From Lama guanicoe (taxonomy: Eukaryota): 64,000 nt of DNA. Positions within the stretch are counted from its first letter, which is position 1. Each line of letters begins with the position of its first letter. Location: assembly GCA_013239625.1 (NCBI GenBank), contig MU054220.1, positions 7,537,367 through 7,601,366 of the forward strand, read 5' to 3'. Position numbers and translations under genes: made by a program. Shown here piece by piece: positions 1 through 12,909 of the stretch. The notes beneath the pieces are model-generated. The model worked only from the letters and a program-made list of their open reading frames with translations, did not search any database and was not told where the DNA came from.

Positions 1-351
1 CCACACAGCCTTAGATAGGGACCCCTTGCAGAGAGAGAATTTCAGATTATCCCTCTGATTTTTAAAAAGCTAAGACAGGAACAATGAAAGCTAGAAAGCT
101 TTCCCTATTTGAGACCAATCCTTTTTTCTAAGCCATTTTTCAGAAAACACTTTCCAAAGAAATTAGTTAAGCTGATGTATTCTCTTGACAACATGTTTAA
201 GTAGCACCTGATAACATACGGATATTATGCATTAATATTATTAAAAGGAGGAAACACGTGGAGACTTGATTGCCTACCTCCTGCATCACGGGGCACCTGG
301 GGATCTGAATGTTGGTACAGATCTGGCCTCCGTTCCTTGGTCCTGCCTGCA

Positions 352-540
352 CACTTCGCTTCATTTCCTCCTTTCCTTTCCACTCTTTTTTTCTCTCCCT
401 CACTCATTTTTCTCTTACACCTTCTTTCCCTTTTGCCTGCCTTCTCCTCCTCTCTCTTTCTTGCTCCCTTTCACCATTCTCTCTCCTTTTTTCTCCCCTT
501 CTTTCTTTTAAGTGACAGCGTCTCTTTTTTTGATTCTACC
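352..540. repeat. CT-rich low-complexity polypyrimidine tract
   Basis: ~190 nt made almost entirely of C/T on the + strand; it produces the F/S/L-rich spurious ORFs at 266-546. Confidence 0.9.
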
Positions 541-1739
541 CAGTAAAAAACGAAAAAAAATTGTCTTTCCCAAGCTGTTTTTTCCTCTGCTGTTCCTATT
601 TATCACTTGGATCACTTTTTAAATGCATGAATTTATGGGTTTGTTTGTTTGTTCATACTACTGAGTTCAATATATGGCAAAGCAAACATTATAAATCAGC
701 AATGAGGAGATTGAGCACCAATACTCGCTAGAAAAGCTGCCTGGAAAATAATCAGCTTAGGTCTTCATCTTTGTAACATTCACTCACCTATTGGTTGTCT
801 CCCAGCCCCCAATATTTCCTCTTCCCTGATAACTCCCCTTCCCGTGAATCTTGGATAGAAAATCTGATCCTCAGAGAATGGCCTGCCTGGGCCACTTTCA
901 AATGCTCCTGTGGTGGAACAGTTGATGGAGACAGCTACATTCAAAGGAAAAGTTTCTGAAAAGGCAGATACGAAAAAGAACTTAGAGCAATCACTTTCTC
1001 GACTCTGGTTCAGCCAAAATGTGTTTTATGTTGCTGATTGTTCTACAGCAAAAACTGCCATCCATGAACAATGGTTTCCTTTCTTAGCACATTTAGAAAT
1101 TATGTAAATTAAAAGAGGAGACAAGAATATTCTGATGTACTTGAGTGTATCTCTGTGTAATGGCCACAGTTGATCTATTTATCTCTCCAAACTGTCAGTA
1201 TCAGAGGCTTCCAATGGAGATCCCAGATTGAAAAGGCAAATGAATCATAAATAAGCTTGCTCATCCTTTCTGCAAATGACTGTCTAGCTTTTTGCTTTAG
1301 CTTTATTTGAAAGATACATGTCTGGTAGAAGATAATATGGGACTTGGAAGGGAAAGTGAATAGAGAATACATCCATTTACAATGGTAAGAGAAACTTTAA
1401 TTATTGAGGCTTTTCAGTTTCACTTGGGATCTGACATATAGGATTATCTGTATTTAGATTTTGAGCTATCAAAATATCCAGGAAAATGGCACCGGAAGAA
1501 GACAGTGGCTTGAAATGTGAGTACATCCTTTAAGTCATCAAGTAAGTATTTCTGGTGTTGGCATCAAATTTTATCTGTTGTAAATGGAAGCATATTTTTG
1601 TTATGAGTTCAATCTTGCCAAATTTGTATCGCCAAATTGATTATTAAACAGATAAATATGCTGAGACCTATTCTGCAGCAGACAACATCAACATACTTGT
1701 GTAACATCCCCATCTCCCTTAAATATCCACATGTGCCAT

Positions 1740-1990
1740 TCCTGAGATGCTGAAGCTAGATAGGGAGGACAGTCATCAACGATGTGTTTAGGGTGGCATA
1801 GTGAAAAGATAGAAAGCTCTAGGAACCTTTATGATCTCCTGAATTAACTTTGAAGTTGTTCAACCTCTGAATTTTAGTTGGGCAAGACCAGAAGGCTCAT
1901 GTTAAAAGATGATTTTTTTTCCTAGTTTCCTCTGAATCCATTGTATTCCTGTGGTCCCGAGGATACTTTTATTTTTGCAGCAGAAACATG
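1740..1990 (+). mobile_element. Degraded MaLR (MLT1-type) LTR fragment
   Basis: gggtggcatagtgaaaagatagaaagctctaggaacctttatgatc and the end tttttgcagcagaaacat resemble the 3' half of old MLT1 LTRs. Confidence 0.5.
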
Positions 1991-2099
1991 AAAGAAATGG
2001 TTGAATTTTGACAGCTAGTGTAGCCTTTCAATGACCCAGGTCACGTTCCCTTGGAATGATGTCTCAGCTCTCTGCTATTTTGCAGAAAATTTGAGAGCA

Positions 2100-2300
2100 A
2101 TCCAACAGCACATCTCAGATACTGGCAGAATCAAGACCCTGCTGCCCATACCAGTTCTCTAAAAGCATCCTAAAGCCTCCTTCCCTGGCTTCCTTTTTCT
2201 GACCCTTCTCTCCTGATTTCCAGGAGAGCTTTCCAAATTATTTACCTGTACCAATGTCCTCGTGTCAGGCTCTGCTCTTAGGTAGACCCTAACTAATATA
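2100..2300 (+). mobile_element. ERVL LTR 3' part (LTR16-like)
   Basis: Ends in cctcgtgtcaggctctgctcttaggtagaccctaactaatata, matching the LTR16-type end (tctcaggctctgcttctggggaacccaacctaagaca). Confidence 0.65.
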
Positions 2301-2974
2301 CCTACTGCCAAATGTATGTAGTAGCATGATTTTAAGAAGTTAAATTGTATAATTGCCAAAATGATAAGGAATTTACAAACTAGGAAAGTTTTAATTTTGT
2401 TTGGTTAAACTAACCAGTTGTAGATTAACTGTTGTTAAGGTCTGCAAATTTCACACCTGTCTGATAAAGGAGGATGGGCACAGGTAGGGTAGAAACCAAT
2501 GCAAAAAAAAAAAAACTGATCTCAGATATCTGAGTGTAATTACTATATATGGACATTATAAAAGTCTTAAAAGCAAGAGATATAATTTCAATATGGAATG
2601 GTTTAATTGATATTATATTTTAAATGTTATTTTGTCACCAGTAATGGATGAGCAAACAAGGTGCATAATATAAAAACTAATGTATCGGTATTAAAGTACA
2701 AATATTGCATGTTTTTATCAACTGTATTTTACACATATTAAAAAAAAAATTCAGAGCATGAAATATGAGACATGCAAACAATTTCAAGAAAACTCTTGTG
2801 GTTGTAATACACTCTTCCCCTTCATGGTAACTTTTCATAAGATCATTAATGCTCCACTAAGTGTGTGTTCTCTGCTAAAATCATATGGCTTACTGGAGGC
2901 AGGTGCAATGTCTGATTTATCTTTGCTGCACTCACTCTAGATCAGCCTAGTGCTTTACATAAATACTTTCTACT

Positions 2975-3640
2975 TCACCTCTCCCGACACACTCCCTTGA
3001 ATTTCAGATTCATATTTCCAACTGCCTACTTTGCATCTGCCCTTGGATGCTTATAGACAATTCAAGCTAACCAAGCCCACAACCAAACTCTGGATTCTCC
3101 CCATCGTTCTCCCATCTTAGTAAACGTTTTAAGTGTTATGTGTTGGGTACTCAAGAAAAAGATTTGGGTATTCATCCTTGACAACTTTCTTTCCATCACA
3201 ATACACAGCTAATCAGTTAAACAAACACACACAAATAAAAACTTTCTATTAGCTTTATTTTTAAGATAATCTAAAAGTTAAGCACTTCTTACCATCTCCA
3301 CCCTTAACATCCTTAAGGAAGCCACCTTGGTCTCGTTGCACTATTGCAGTTGCCTCCTCATTGATCTTCCTCCTACTCTTCCTCCTCTATTGTGTATTCC
3401 CAGCTCAGCTCTCAGAGCTTCCTACCTCACAGGATCAAAGCTTGCTTGGCTATTCATGATCTGGACCTCCATGACTTCTCTTCTCTCCTGGTGCTCTCTC
3501 CCTGCCTATTGTGCTATGAGAACATTGCCTCCTTACTGTTCTTTGACTCTGCCAAGGACCCTCCCTCCACAGGGCTGTTACACCTGCCATTCCTTTTGCC
3601 TGATGTGGTCTCACTTTAAATATCCCAGGGCTTGTTCCTT
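2975..3640 (+). mobile_element. L2 LINE fragment (5' portion of a copy split by an MLT1 insertion)
   Basis: ttcagattcatatttccaactgcctact...ccttggatg...caaccaaactctggattctccc are typical L2 motifs. Confidence 0.8.
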
Positions 3641-3984
3641 ATATTAGTCCTCCAGGGCCACTGTAACAAAAGGCCATAGATGGGGTGGCTAAAACAGCAG
3701 ACATTTATTTCCTCACTGTTCTGGAATCTGAGAGTCCAAGATCAAGGTATAGGCACAGTTGGTGTCTCCTGAAGTTTCTCTTCTTGGCTTGTAGACTGTC
3801 ACCTTCTCGGTGCCTCTGCACGCCTGATGCCTCATCTTATGTCAGTCTTACCAGATTAGGACCCTACAGTTATGGTCTCATTTAACCTTAATCACCTCCT
3901 TAAAGGACCCATCTCCAAGAACAGTCAGTGTGGGCTTAGAGATTCAACTCAGGAAGGTTGGGAGGACACAGTTCAATGCATATT
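3641..3984 (-). mobile_element. MaLR solo LTR (MLT1A/B/C-like) inserted in L2
   Basis: attagtcctccagggccactgtaacaaa...acatttatttcctcactgttctgga...gaggacacagttcaa; probable 5-bp TSD tcctt at 3636-3640 and 3985-3989. Confidence 0.9.
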
Positions 3985-3989
3985 TCCTT

Positions 3990-4270
3990 GTTCTCTTCAC
4001 TCTCCACTCTGACAGTGAAGGCTTCTCTGACCAGTCTTTGAAAATTACACTTCCCACTTCCCTCACCATCACTTTCCTACCAACCCTTCTTCATTCTTTA
4101 TCATAGCAATTATTACCACCTCAGCATGATAAACTTACTGTTTATCGTCTGTCTCCTCCATTAAGCTGTAAGTTCCATGAGATCGAGGACTTTTCCTTTC
4201 CCCACCCCCGAGACTGATGCTGGCATACAGTGGTTTATCCATCCGTAGTTGTCAAAGTAATAAATGAACT
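3990..4270 (+). mobile_element. L2 3' end (continuation after the MLT1)
   Basis: gtctgtctcctccattaagctgtaagttccatgag...tgctggcatacagtgg...taaatgaa tail. Confidence 0.8.
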
Positions 4271-4304
4271 ATTTCAATTGATAATGTAAAGACATGCACC
4301 AGTA

Positions 4305-4790
4305 AGGGCGTCAGTAAGAAACAGATGGGGCACTCAGAAAGGTTTAACTGAAGTGAGAGTAGTAGAAAGACTGTTTAGAGTGGGGTAGGCAGAGTTAAGG
4401 ACCCAACCGATTTTGGTGAGGCACCAAGGACTAGCCACAACGGGAAGACATCTCTGTCTCCACACCAGAAGGATCAAAGAGGGAAGGTCAGCTGTAACTG
4501 GAGTCAAGGAAGAGAGCTAGCCTAATGGATCCCTGACTGCAGGGAATGGAGACCGTGCCAGCCAGTGGGAAAAAAAAAAAAAAAAAAAAAAAAGGAGGAT
4601 GAGGGGAGAACAAATAGACATATCACCTCCTTTCCTCTCTAATCTCCCTTTGGTCCCCAATAGAATTGGAAACTGGAGAGCAAGAAAGTATAAATGATGT
4701 GGTGTGTAGAGGTCAGTCCCCTGAGTGAGACTGATCAGGGCAGCAAAGTGAAAAAAACAGATCTCCTTGGAGAGGGGAAGGGGGAAAATG
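4305..4790 (-). mobile_element. ERVL LTR (LTR33-like) containing an A24 run at 4570-4593
   Basis: cagtaagaaacagatggggcactcagaaaggtttaactgaag...gcaccaaggactagccacaacgggaag matches the recalled LTR33 reverse consensus. Confidence 0.7.
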
Positions 4791-6944
4791 GAAATTAGAC
4801 AAAACCAGGAATTAAGATTTTTGACATTGTTCATATGTCTTCCTGTTTTTCATTTTGCCTACATGAACTTCTCTCTGTAATCCTGAGACACCCTTCTATT
4901 ACCAGGGGCAACCCAGGGAGGAAGTGAGTGAGAAATGTATAGAATTGTTACTGGCAAAATGCAGAGAGTAACAAAGAATTGCTATTCAGCTAGGGGATTC
5001 ACAAAAATCATCTTGCAATAAGAGCTTATAATCTAGGACTTGAAAGATGGAAATTTTTTAAAATTCTCAGCATATCAAGAACCAATTCTGGAACCAGGTC
5101 ATCATGTCTTACATAGATAAGAATTGTATTCTGCTTATAACAGCTCATGAAGTTAGCACCCTAGAATAGCAGTATGCAAGAGCAAGGGATAAGAATTTCA
5201 TCCCAGAGAGGGTGATGTGCATTTGTCAAAAGAAGGGACCACTGAAAGCAGGGAGCTTTTCCCTTTAACCAATATCGATGCACCAAGGAGGCTAGTGTTA
5301 TGGGTTTTCCATTAAGATAAATCCCACCCCATAACATTGTTAAGTGGAAAAGAACCTGAGCTCTTCTTCCTTTTATTCCCGTATAGTGTGAACTTGTCCA
5401 TTTTCTTTAGGAGTGATAGTGATGCGGGAATTAGCTCAACATCTGGCTTTGGAGACTGGCAGGAGAGAGAGTGTGCTCCCAGGAAGGGCAATGGGGACCC
5501 TTTAGGCAGGGATTGGGCCACCTGGACAGGGAGCTCTGGACATCACTGCCAGGGAGGGACCCAGGGAAAGCAGCCGTAAGAGTGGAGATGGAGTGCAGTC
5601 AGCCAGACGCCCACCATGACCAAGCTGATCCACAAGAAATCACATGTTCTGTCAGCTGAATTGGCACCAACAGTCCCCAGGGATGGGCCAGTCACACTTC
5701 AGGAGCCTTCAGTTCAGAGGACAGCACAACAACTTGAAGTCAGCCTTGAGACTCTTTTCATTTGATGGTGTATGTATACTTAACACCCTCAACCCAGAAG
5801 GCACTACTGGGACATGGAGCAGGGACAAAGGAGGTCCCAAACACTGGGTCCGTATCCCAGGGACGTTCATCTCCGAAACATGCAAATAAACTAATCTTCT
5901 AAAGTCTATCTCAGATTATAAAATTAAACCAGACTTAACCCTTCCTTCTCAAAAAAAATTAACTTTGATTCTTTTCTACTCTTCTTACCCAGCAGTGGTT
6001 AGAGGTACTATACTAGGGGATAGTATGTCATTTTCGGAGAATAAAGAACGATATCTTTCTGCAGACTTGAGTGTGCTATGCGTAACTGTAATTCCAGAGA
6101 AACTTGAAATCCTATTTAAAGCGACAGATCACAGATATACTTTGAAGTGTATTCATGTTTAAACTTCTCCAGGCTCAACCACGCATTAAACTCACTCTTG
6201 CTTCTGTCAGATCATTGATTTGACATTGATCTGATTTGATTACACTTAGATAGATGATATCAGCTCTAATATTGAGGAAGTAGATGATGCAGAGCAATTA
6301 GTCACAAAGCTCTTTTGTAAGCCTCCAGTATAATGAACCCTGAGCAAATTAGACCGTAAGCATAATATCTCCCATTTTAATTTGATTTCTGAGCTCCAGA
6401 ATTAGGAAGGCCATCAGTAAGATCCGTTGTTATTTTCCCCAATATAATTAGAGGGTCAGCAATTTGATCTTGTCCTGATGACAAAACAATTATCTATGGC
6501 ATCCCCTTTCCCATTTAGGAAAAAATAAAAGCCGGTGCTTACTTACGTTTCTTTTCTAATTAAGTAGAGTCCGCCCTGCTTTCACAGGGCTGGAATGAGC
6601 AAAGCATCAATGTCAGAACTGAAGCTCAGTGTGAGTGCAAAGAATATCCCAGGCAGGAAGAATCACAACCACATCAATAGTAATTCTCTGACTCTCCCAT
6701 CATTACCCTCCCGCCTCTGCATGGATAAGCCATCAGCGTTTTCTTTTATCTCTGGAAGTGTGGCTGGGGCTCTGTTCTCCCATCTGAACTGCGTTTGCAC
6801 TGTGAGCTCCCCAGCTACCCTGGTGACTGTCTGGTCACTTCAATTTTCTCCACTTTTTCAATTACCTGAGCTGAGCGTTTTGCAATAGAATTTCTCTAGC
6901 AAACTATAAGAAAATAGAAATTAATGCAAAAAATGGATCTGTGT

Positions 6945-7195
6945 TTGCTCATCGTTGACTTACAGTGTTGTGTTAGTTTCTCATGTACAGCGTATTGATT
7001 CACTTATACATATATACTCTTTTTCATGTTTTCTATCATTATAGGCTATTGCAAGAGACTGAATATGGTTCCCTGTGCTAAACAGTAGGACCTTGTTGTC
7101 TATCTGTTTTGTATAAAGTAGTTAATATATACATATCCCAAACTCCTCATTTATCTATCCACAACTCTCCTTGTGGTAACCATAAGTTTGTTTTT
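6945..7195 (-). mobile_element. 5'-truncated L1 3' UTR (artiodactyl-type)
   Basis: gttgacttacagtgttgtgttagtttc...ttccctgtgctaaacagtaggaccttgttg...ggtaaccataagtttgtttt. Confidence 0.9.
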
Positions 7196-7879
7196 GCCAT
7201 ACTGGAAATTTGAAATTCTGTGAACTCCCTTGAGAGACCACTCCAATTGCTTACAACCTTTAATGAGGAGGTTCTCTTAAAAGACTAATTCAAAATTTTT
7301 GATATTCAGTTAATCCAACCTTCTTCTTATGAACAATCAGTATTCAGTATTGTGGCATGTAAGTAACATGATAGTTTTTTCAGATTATTTTATATTTACC
7401 ATATTAAGACTCCTGGCTGTTTTTGGTCCCCCACTTATATTTTTGTTTTGTTTTATCTTCCTCAGCTTATACAAAATAAAAATATGGCTGAAGCCCTATT
7501 TCTATTATTAATAGACAATGTCTTAAATTACTTTGTTTTGAAACACACTCAATAACACCAGCCTTGACAGCAACCCAGATACTCCAGAGAGAATGGGACC
7601 AAAACCCACAATGAACACTGTGGACTAGATCAGAAGAAGAAGAAGAAAAAAAGAACAGGTTTGCAGTGCACAGAATTCTTAACTTTAAAGCAGAATGAAG
7701 TCCTGTAAAGTTCTGCTTGCATGATAAAATTTGACAAGTATGTGAACCACCACCTTCCCTTTTAATCTTGGTGTACCCATCTTAGTTACAGAATTACTCC
7801 TCATCTGAAGGAAAGTCACCTGATACCTACATTAGGGCAGGTGAATTGATCAGTTCTTACCAAAAAACACATTCTTAGA

Positions 7880-8110
7880 CCTAGAGTCCTTAAGTGTCAG
7901 AACATGGGTGCAGATATCTGCTGTGGCGAATTTAGCTCTGTGACTTGGAGCAAATTGCTTAAACTTGCTGACTTCGTTTTCTTCTATGCTTTATCCATGT
8001 TTGGTTTGTGTATAACAGGAACCATCCCACTAACTTCATAAAATAGTTCTAAGAATTAATGAAACAATAAAGAAAGTTAAGCACTTGGCCTAACAAGTAA
8101 TACAGTGATC
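7880..8110 (+). mobile_element. MIR SINE
   Basis: Core tagctctgtgacttggagcaaattgcttaaactt plus degraded MIR 3' half. Confidence 0.7.
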
Positions 8111-9597
8111 ATTTGACAAATGATCATTGGTTTGATTATTTAGTTTTAGTATTATTCCTAATTTTTATCTGAAGAAGAAATTCTCTTTGGGATTTTTGTT
8201 CTCCCCAAGCACATTGACAAACCATAATTACAAGGCAGTTCCACCTGTTGTTTTGGGCAAAAAGGTATGTCTGGGAAACCCTCTGGTAACCATGTGTCCC
8301 TCTGAAGCACTGAGGATTAGGACATCAACAGAACTTTTGCGAGAACATTTCAAATGATAGTTTCAGCAAAAGTCTTAATTTTACTTTTAGTATTCAGTTT
8401 TAGATCATATTGCCTTCCTATTTCCTAGATTTCAATGGTTAGAGTAAATTATAGATTGGGACATTTACATATAATTGAGTATTTCCGGAATGTATAATGA
8501 TTTTAACATCTAGCTATATCAGAAGCACCTTTCCTGTATCCTTTCTTTTTCTTTTTCTTTTTTGTCTTGCTTTGTCCTTCACAAAAAGGGCAAACAATGC
8601 AAAAATACATCCCCAAATGATTGAATTTATCTGCAAATTGCTTCCAGGTGCTCATATCACTGTCTCTCCATCTTCAAACAAAAGACCAAAAAGAGAATTA
8701 GATTCAATGTCACTGAAAAGCAAAATCATGAGGAATTTAAATGGTTTTGGTTTTTGCTTCATTTTCCATCTAAAATATTGCTTATTTCTACTTCTCCAGT
8801 CCATATTTACTTATACTTTCCAGTTTATACCACTAATACAGGATGAGACTTTTGTTTGCTCTGACGTTCCAGTTGCCAACATAGCACATGACTCAACCGT
8901 AAGTGCTGATTGACTCTAATATGGGGATTCCAAGTGCTTGAAATTCACTCACTGGAGGATATCTAAAGCATCATGACTTCAGAGGATGTGTCGGTAATAA
9001 ACTGATCAGAACATATTCACCATAAATATATAAAGGAAGCTGTTTAAGCTCTGACCGTAACCCTAACCTTTGTTTATATTTTCTTATTGTGGATGTAAAT
9101 GATACTTTAAAGGAGTTTGAAAGAAATATTACTCTGTTATCAATTCAACATACAACTTTCAATTCATTCAACATTCCTCCACCTTTGTTCCTCTTAAGAA
9201 ATGCAAAGACAAATATGACAGCAGCTAAGCCACCATCTAGACACATAGACTAATTTTTTTTCCTCATGTCCACAGGAGATCACCAAAAGAACAAAGGCAA
9301 AAATAAACAGCTACAAATAAATCTGCACAACTCCATTGGCCTCTAAATTATATATGCACCATTATAAATAAAATATCCACACATGGACTTGGATTGTCTA
9401 CATTTGGAGCTTTCATTAATAGTATTGCTGACCTTCAGTGAAAATTAAGGAAAAAAATCTTGATTTAATGAAATCTAAATTAATGAATCAGTATTATTGC
9501 TTTCGTATTTTAATTGAGTCTTTTAGCTCACTGGAGAAATGTTTGGCCCATAGGGTGATATATTGAAACCACGTGAGCAATATTCACTGTCTTCTTC

Positions 9598-10150
9598 TGG
9601 GTATCAGGATTTTTCTAGTTGTAAATCACTAAAACCCAACTCAACTAGTTCTAACTAAGAAGAGGATTTTCCAAAAACTGTGCAATCAGGGAGTGGCATG
9701 AGCCTCAAGGACATCTGAAAAGCGAAAAGTTATCATTAGAACCATGTTCTTTCTCTCTACCTACCTGTGTTGTTACATCTCCTCGCCCCTCTTTGTTTAT
9801 TTTTTAAGCCTTGGGAATCTTGGAGTTGTGTGGGTGTCATAAGCCTAGAAAGTTGAAGCATGCATCCTTCCAACTGAGCAAGGTTAGGGAAAAAAAGAAA
9901 CCCTCAATCTGGGCCTGCGGGTAAACTCCTAGAGAAGCATTCTGATCTGTTCAGTGTATGTGGCTGCTTCTTGGCTGACCAATGTGGACCCCAGGGGGAG
10001 TGAAGATAATTTTATTATCCTCAATAAAGTGCCCACTCTTATGTCAAAGGGCTTGAGAACTATGATTGCCAATTCACTAGAACTTCTTAGGTCCAGGACC
10101 GAGTCACAAAGGGGAAGTGGTTGGTGAAAAGGACAAAAGGACACTCTGTA
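9598..10150 (-). mobile_element. Old MaLR (MLT1-type) LTR
   Basis: Starts gtatcaggatttttctagttgtaaatcactaaaacccaactcaactag, like the reverse end of old MLT1 LTRs. Confidence 0.6.
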
Positions 10151-10409
10151 CACAAAAGCAACATATCCTCTAAGGAGAGCTAGTTGAATGAGTTGAGTAT
10201 CACTACATATCTGAAAATATTCACTCATCTTTACAATTGTGTTGAATCAGAAGTGTCAAAGTGCTGTCAGTCTGAACGTGCTCAGATAGTATTACAGGAG
10301 CAGCTAAGGTACAGATGAGACTTGGCATTTCATATGTTTATCCATTCATACATTCAGATATATTTATTTGCTTCTGCTATGTGTTTAAGGGTGGTCCTAA
10401 CTTCAGTTT

Positions 10410-12900
10410 GGTTATTTATTTTACATTATTTTCTCTTTAGAAGTTTTCAAACCCACAGGAAACGTAAAAGAATGCGACAGTGAACAATCACATACATTTG
10501 CCTGGATTCACCAGTTGTTAACAGTCTCTCTCTCTCTCTCTCTCTTTTGAACATAAATTGAAGGACTCATGATGATTTATCCCCAAAAAACCTTAGCATC
10601 CAGCTCAAAAAAATAAGGACATTCACCACAGCACCTTCTGAAAAGTAATATAATTCAATAATACGATCTAATGCACAGGCCATATTTAGTTTTCACCTAA
10701 ATTTCATTTATCATTATTTTAAGAGCCAAGGTCCAGAAAAAGTTGATGCATTTGATTTGTAGCTCCATTAGTTATTTTAAATCTAAGACAGCCCCTCTAC
10801 ATTTTTTTTTTCACATTGCATGCTTTTCCAGGGAGTTTATGCCACTAATCTCCCAGAACATCTTGCATTCTATATTTATCCATTTGTTTTGTCATTATCA
10901 GATGTAGACTAAACACTCTTGGAAAGAATACTACTAAGGTGGTGTTTGTATGTTTTATTGCATCAATTCTGGAGGCATGTAAATCCAGTTTCAGAATATT
11001 GGTAATGCTGAATGTGATTATTTGATTAGGGTGATGAACAATACAGATTGTAAAGGAAGTCTTTTTTCCTTTTTGGAAAGTGGTATGTGAATAGTCAGCT
11101 TTTTAAAAAAAAAGGTCATCCAATGTTCTTAGCATCCTTTGATGATCTTTACCTGAATTAATTGTTACACTGGGGGTTATGAAATGGTGATTTTCTCATT
11201 CTACCATTATCAGCTAGAATTTCTTAATGAAGAGAGAGTTCCCTCTTTCCCTCTTTCTCTCATTTCCTATTATTGTTTTTACTATCATCATCATTATTAT
11301 TTTAGTGTCACTGTAGGTCTGTGAATTTTTTAATCCCATGTATTGTGATTTGTTTCCATTATTACTCCCTATTCATTTTGATGCTCAGGTTTTCCCATAT
11401 TTGGTTCCTGGAAGAGCGTCACATTAGCTTCTTTGTCCTTGTTTTCAGACATAATGTGTTCTAAACTCACCTTATCCTTTATCTGCTGAAACCCAGAACT
11501 ATTCATTTTTACAAGATGCATTGTTTCTCTTCTTAGGGAACGGTATTTTGAAAGCAATATTTGGGACCTAGACTTGCTTATGATGCCAGTGTCATTATTT
11601 CCAAGTCTTTTTAGTGAGTAGAGATAGAAAAATACTTTTATCAAATCTGAACCTATATTAATGTATTCAAGTATCATCCAGTTCCACAGCATTCTTTCTC
11701 ATTTTCCCTAGTTCACATTGCATTTACCTTCTTAAGCAGTGAATACACTCATTTCCAAAAATATTTGCTATAATTTATAATATATTAAAAACAATTTTGA
11801 ATCATACCACCAATGCTTTTTACCTAAAACAAACCTATAAATCAGTCTTGAGATTTTTTTCTTTTTAGATTTTGTTTGCCTTTAGAATATATTCCTGGAG
11901 ATGAAGGGTGTTTAAAAGTTATATGAAATAATTATTTGATCTATGTTTTCATGTTTTCAGTTTGAGATGTAGTTAAATTTTGTAATTTCCATTCATAGTC
12001 AATTTTAAGGTTTGGTTTTCTTCCTATTTTGTTTATACAGTTTATATTTTGAATATGTGAAACACTGACGTGGTTTAAAATTCAAACCATTTTAAAAAGT
12101 ATACCCAGAAAAGTCACACTCTTATTCTGATGCCTTACCCTATGTCATGCGCCCTCTCTAAGCCCATTTTCCCTTAGTTGCTGGTTTATCTTTTTGCACA
12201 CATAAACACACATTACACCACACACACATTCTTATTTCCCTTTCTGTCTCATGCAGAAAGTAGCTCACTATATATGTTCTTTCATTCCTTTCATTGTACA
12301 TTTGACAATTCATGCCAAAAGATGCTCAGGTCAGTTTATTGAGGTCGCCTTCATTTTGACCAGGTTTCGCTGTACTGCACCGTGTGAATGTGCCATAGTT
12401 TATTTAGCCCAGGCTCCTCTGAATGACACATACATAGTTCTGACATTTCACTTTTCCAACTGACTCCACAATGAGTAAGCTGTGCACATATTATCTCATA
12501 TTGGTGGAAGTATAGCTTTACAGTCACTTCTCATAAGCGCAGTACACTGTTCTTAATAAATTCTCATGACTGCAATTCTCATAAGGTAAACACGTTTGTG
12601 GTTTTGATAGAAATGTATTAAATATTTCTCAAGAGCAGTTGCATCACTTTGCTCTTTAACAAGCAAAGTCAGATAGTGGCTCTTTTTTTTTGGAGATTTA
12701 TCTAAGAAGTTTGCTGTTGTCATTTAAAACTTTTTGTCAAGCTGTTGCCATGGTGAAAAATATCATGTTGGCCTTTTACTTTCTATTTCTTCTACTATAA
12801 GTAAATTTGATTATCTTTTCACATGTTTAAGGGCTTTTTGTCTACATTTATCTGCAAAGTGTTTTTCTTAAGAAATATGTTGGTTCCTTTGTCCCTTAAA
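10410..12900 (-). mobile_element. Ancient L1M (L1MC/ME-like) 3' region, fragmented
   Basis: aagttttcaaacccacaggaaacgtaaaagaat...cctggattcaccagttgttaaca; T-rich antisense L1 sequence continues (ttatcttttcacatgtttaagggc). Confidence 0.75.
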
Positions 12901-12909
12901 CATTTTTGC

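Noticed and set aside
197..546. Five overlapping ORFs with hydrophobic or K/E-rich translations
   Set aside because: Artefacts of the CT-rich low-complexity tract
2521..2534. Perfect 14-bp palindrome ctcagatatctgag
   Set aside because: A 7-bp arm is expected by chance several times in 64 kb
8106..8126. 10-bp inverted repeat tgatcatttg-a-caaatgatca
   Set aside because: Isolated, at a MIR tail, no supporting context
8497..8913. 138-aa ORF
   Set aside because: No recognisable domain, AT-rich composition; length is attainable by chance
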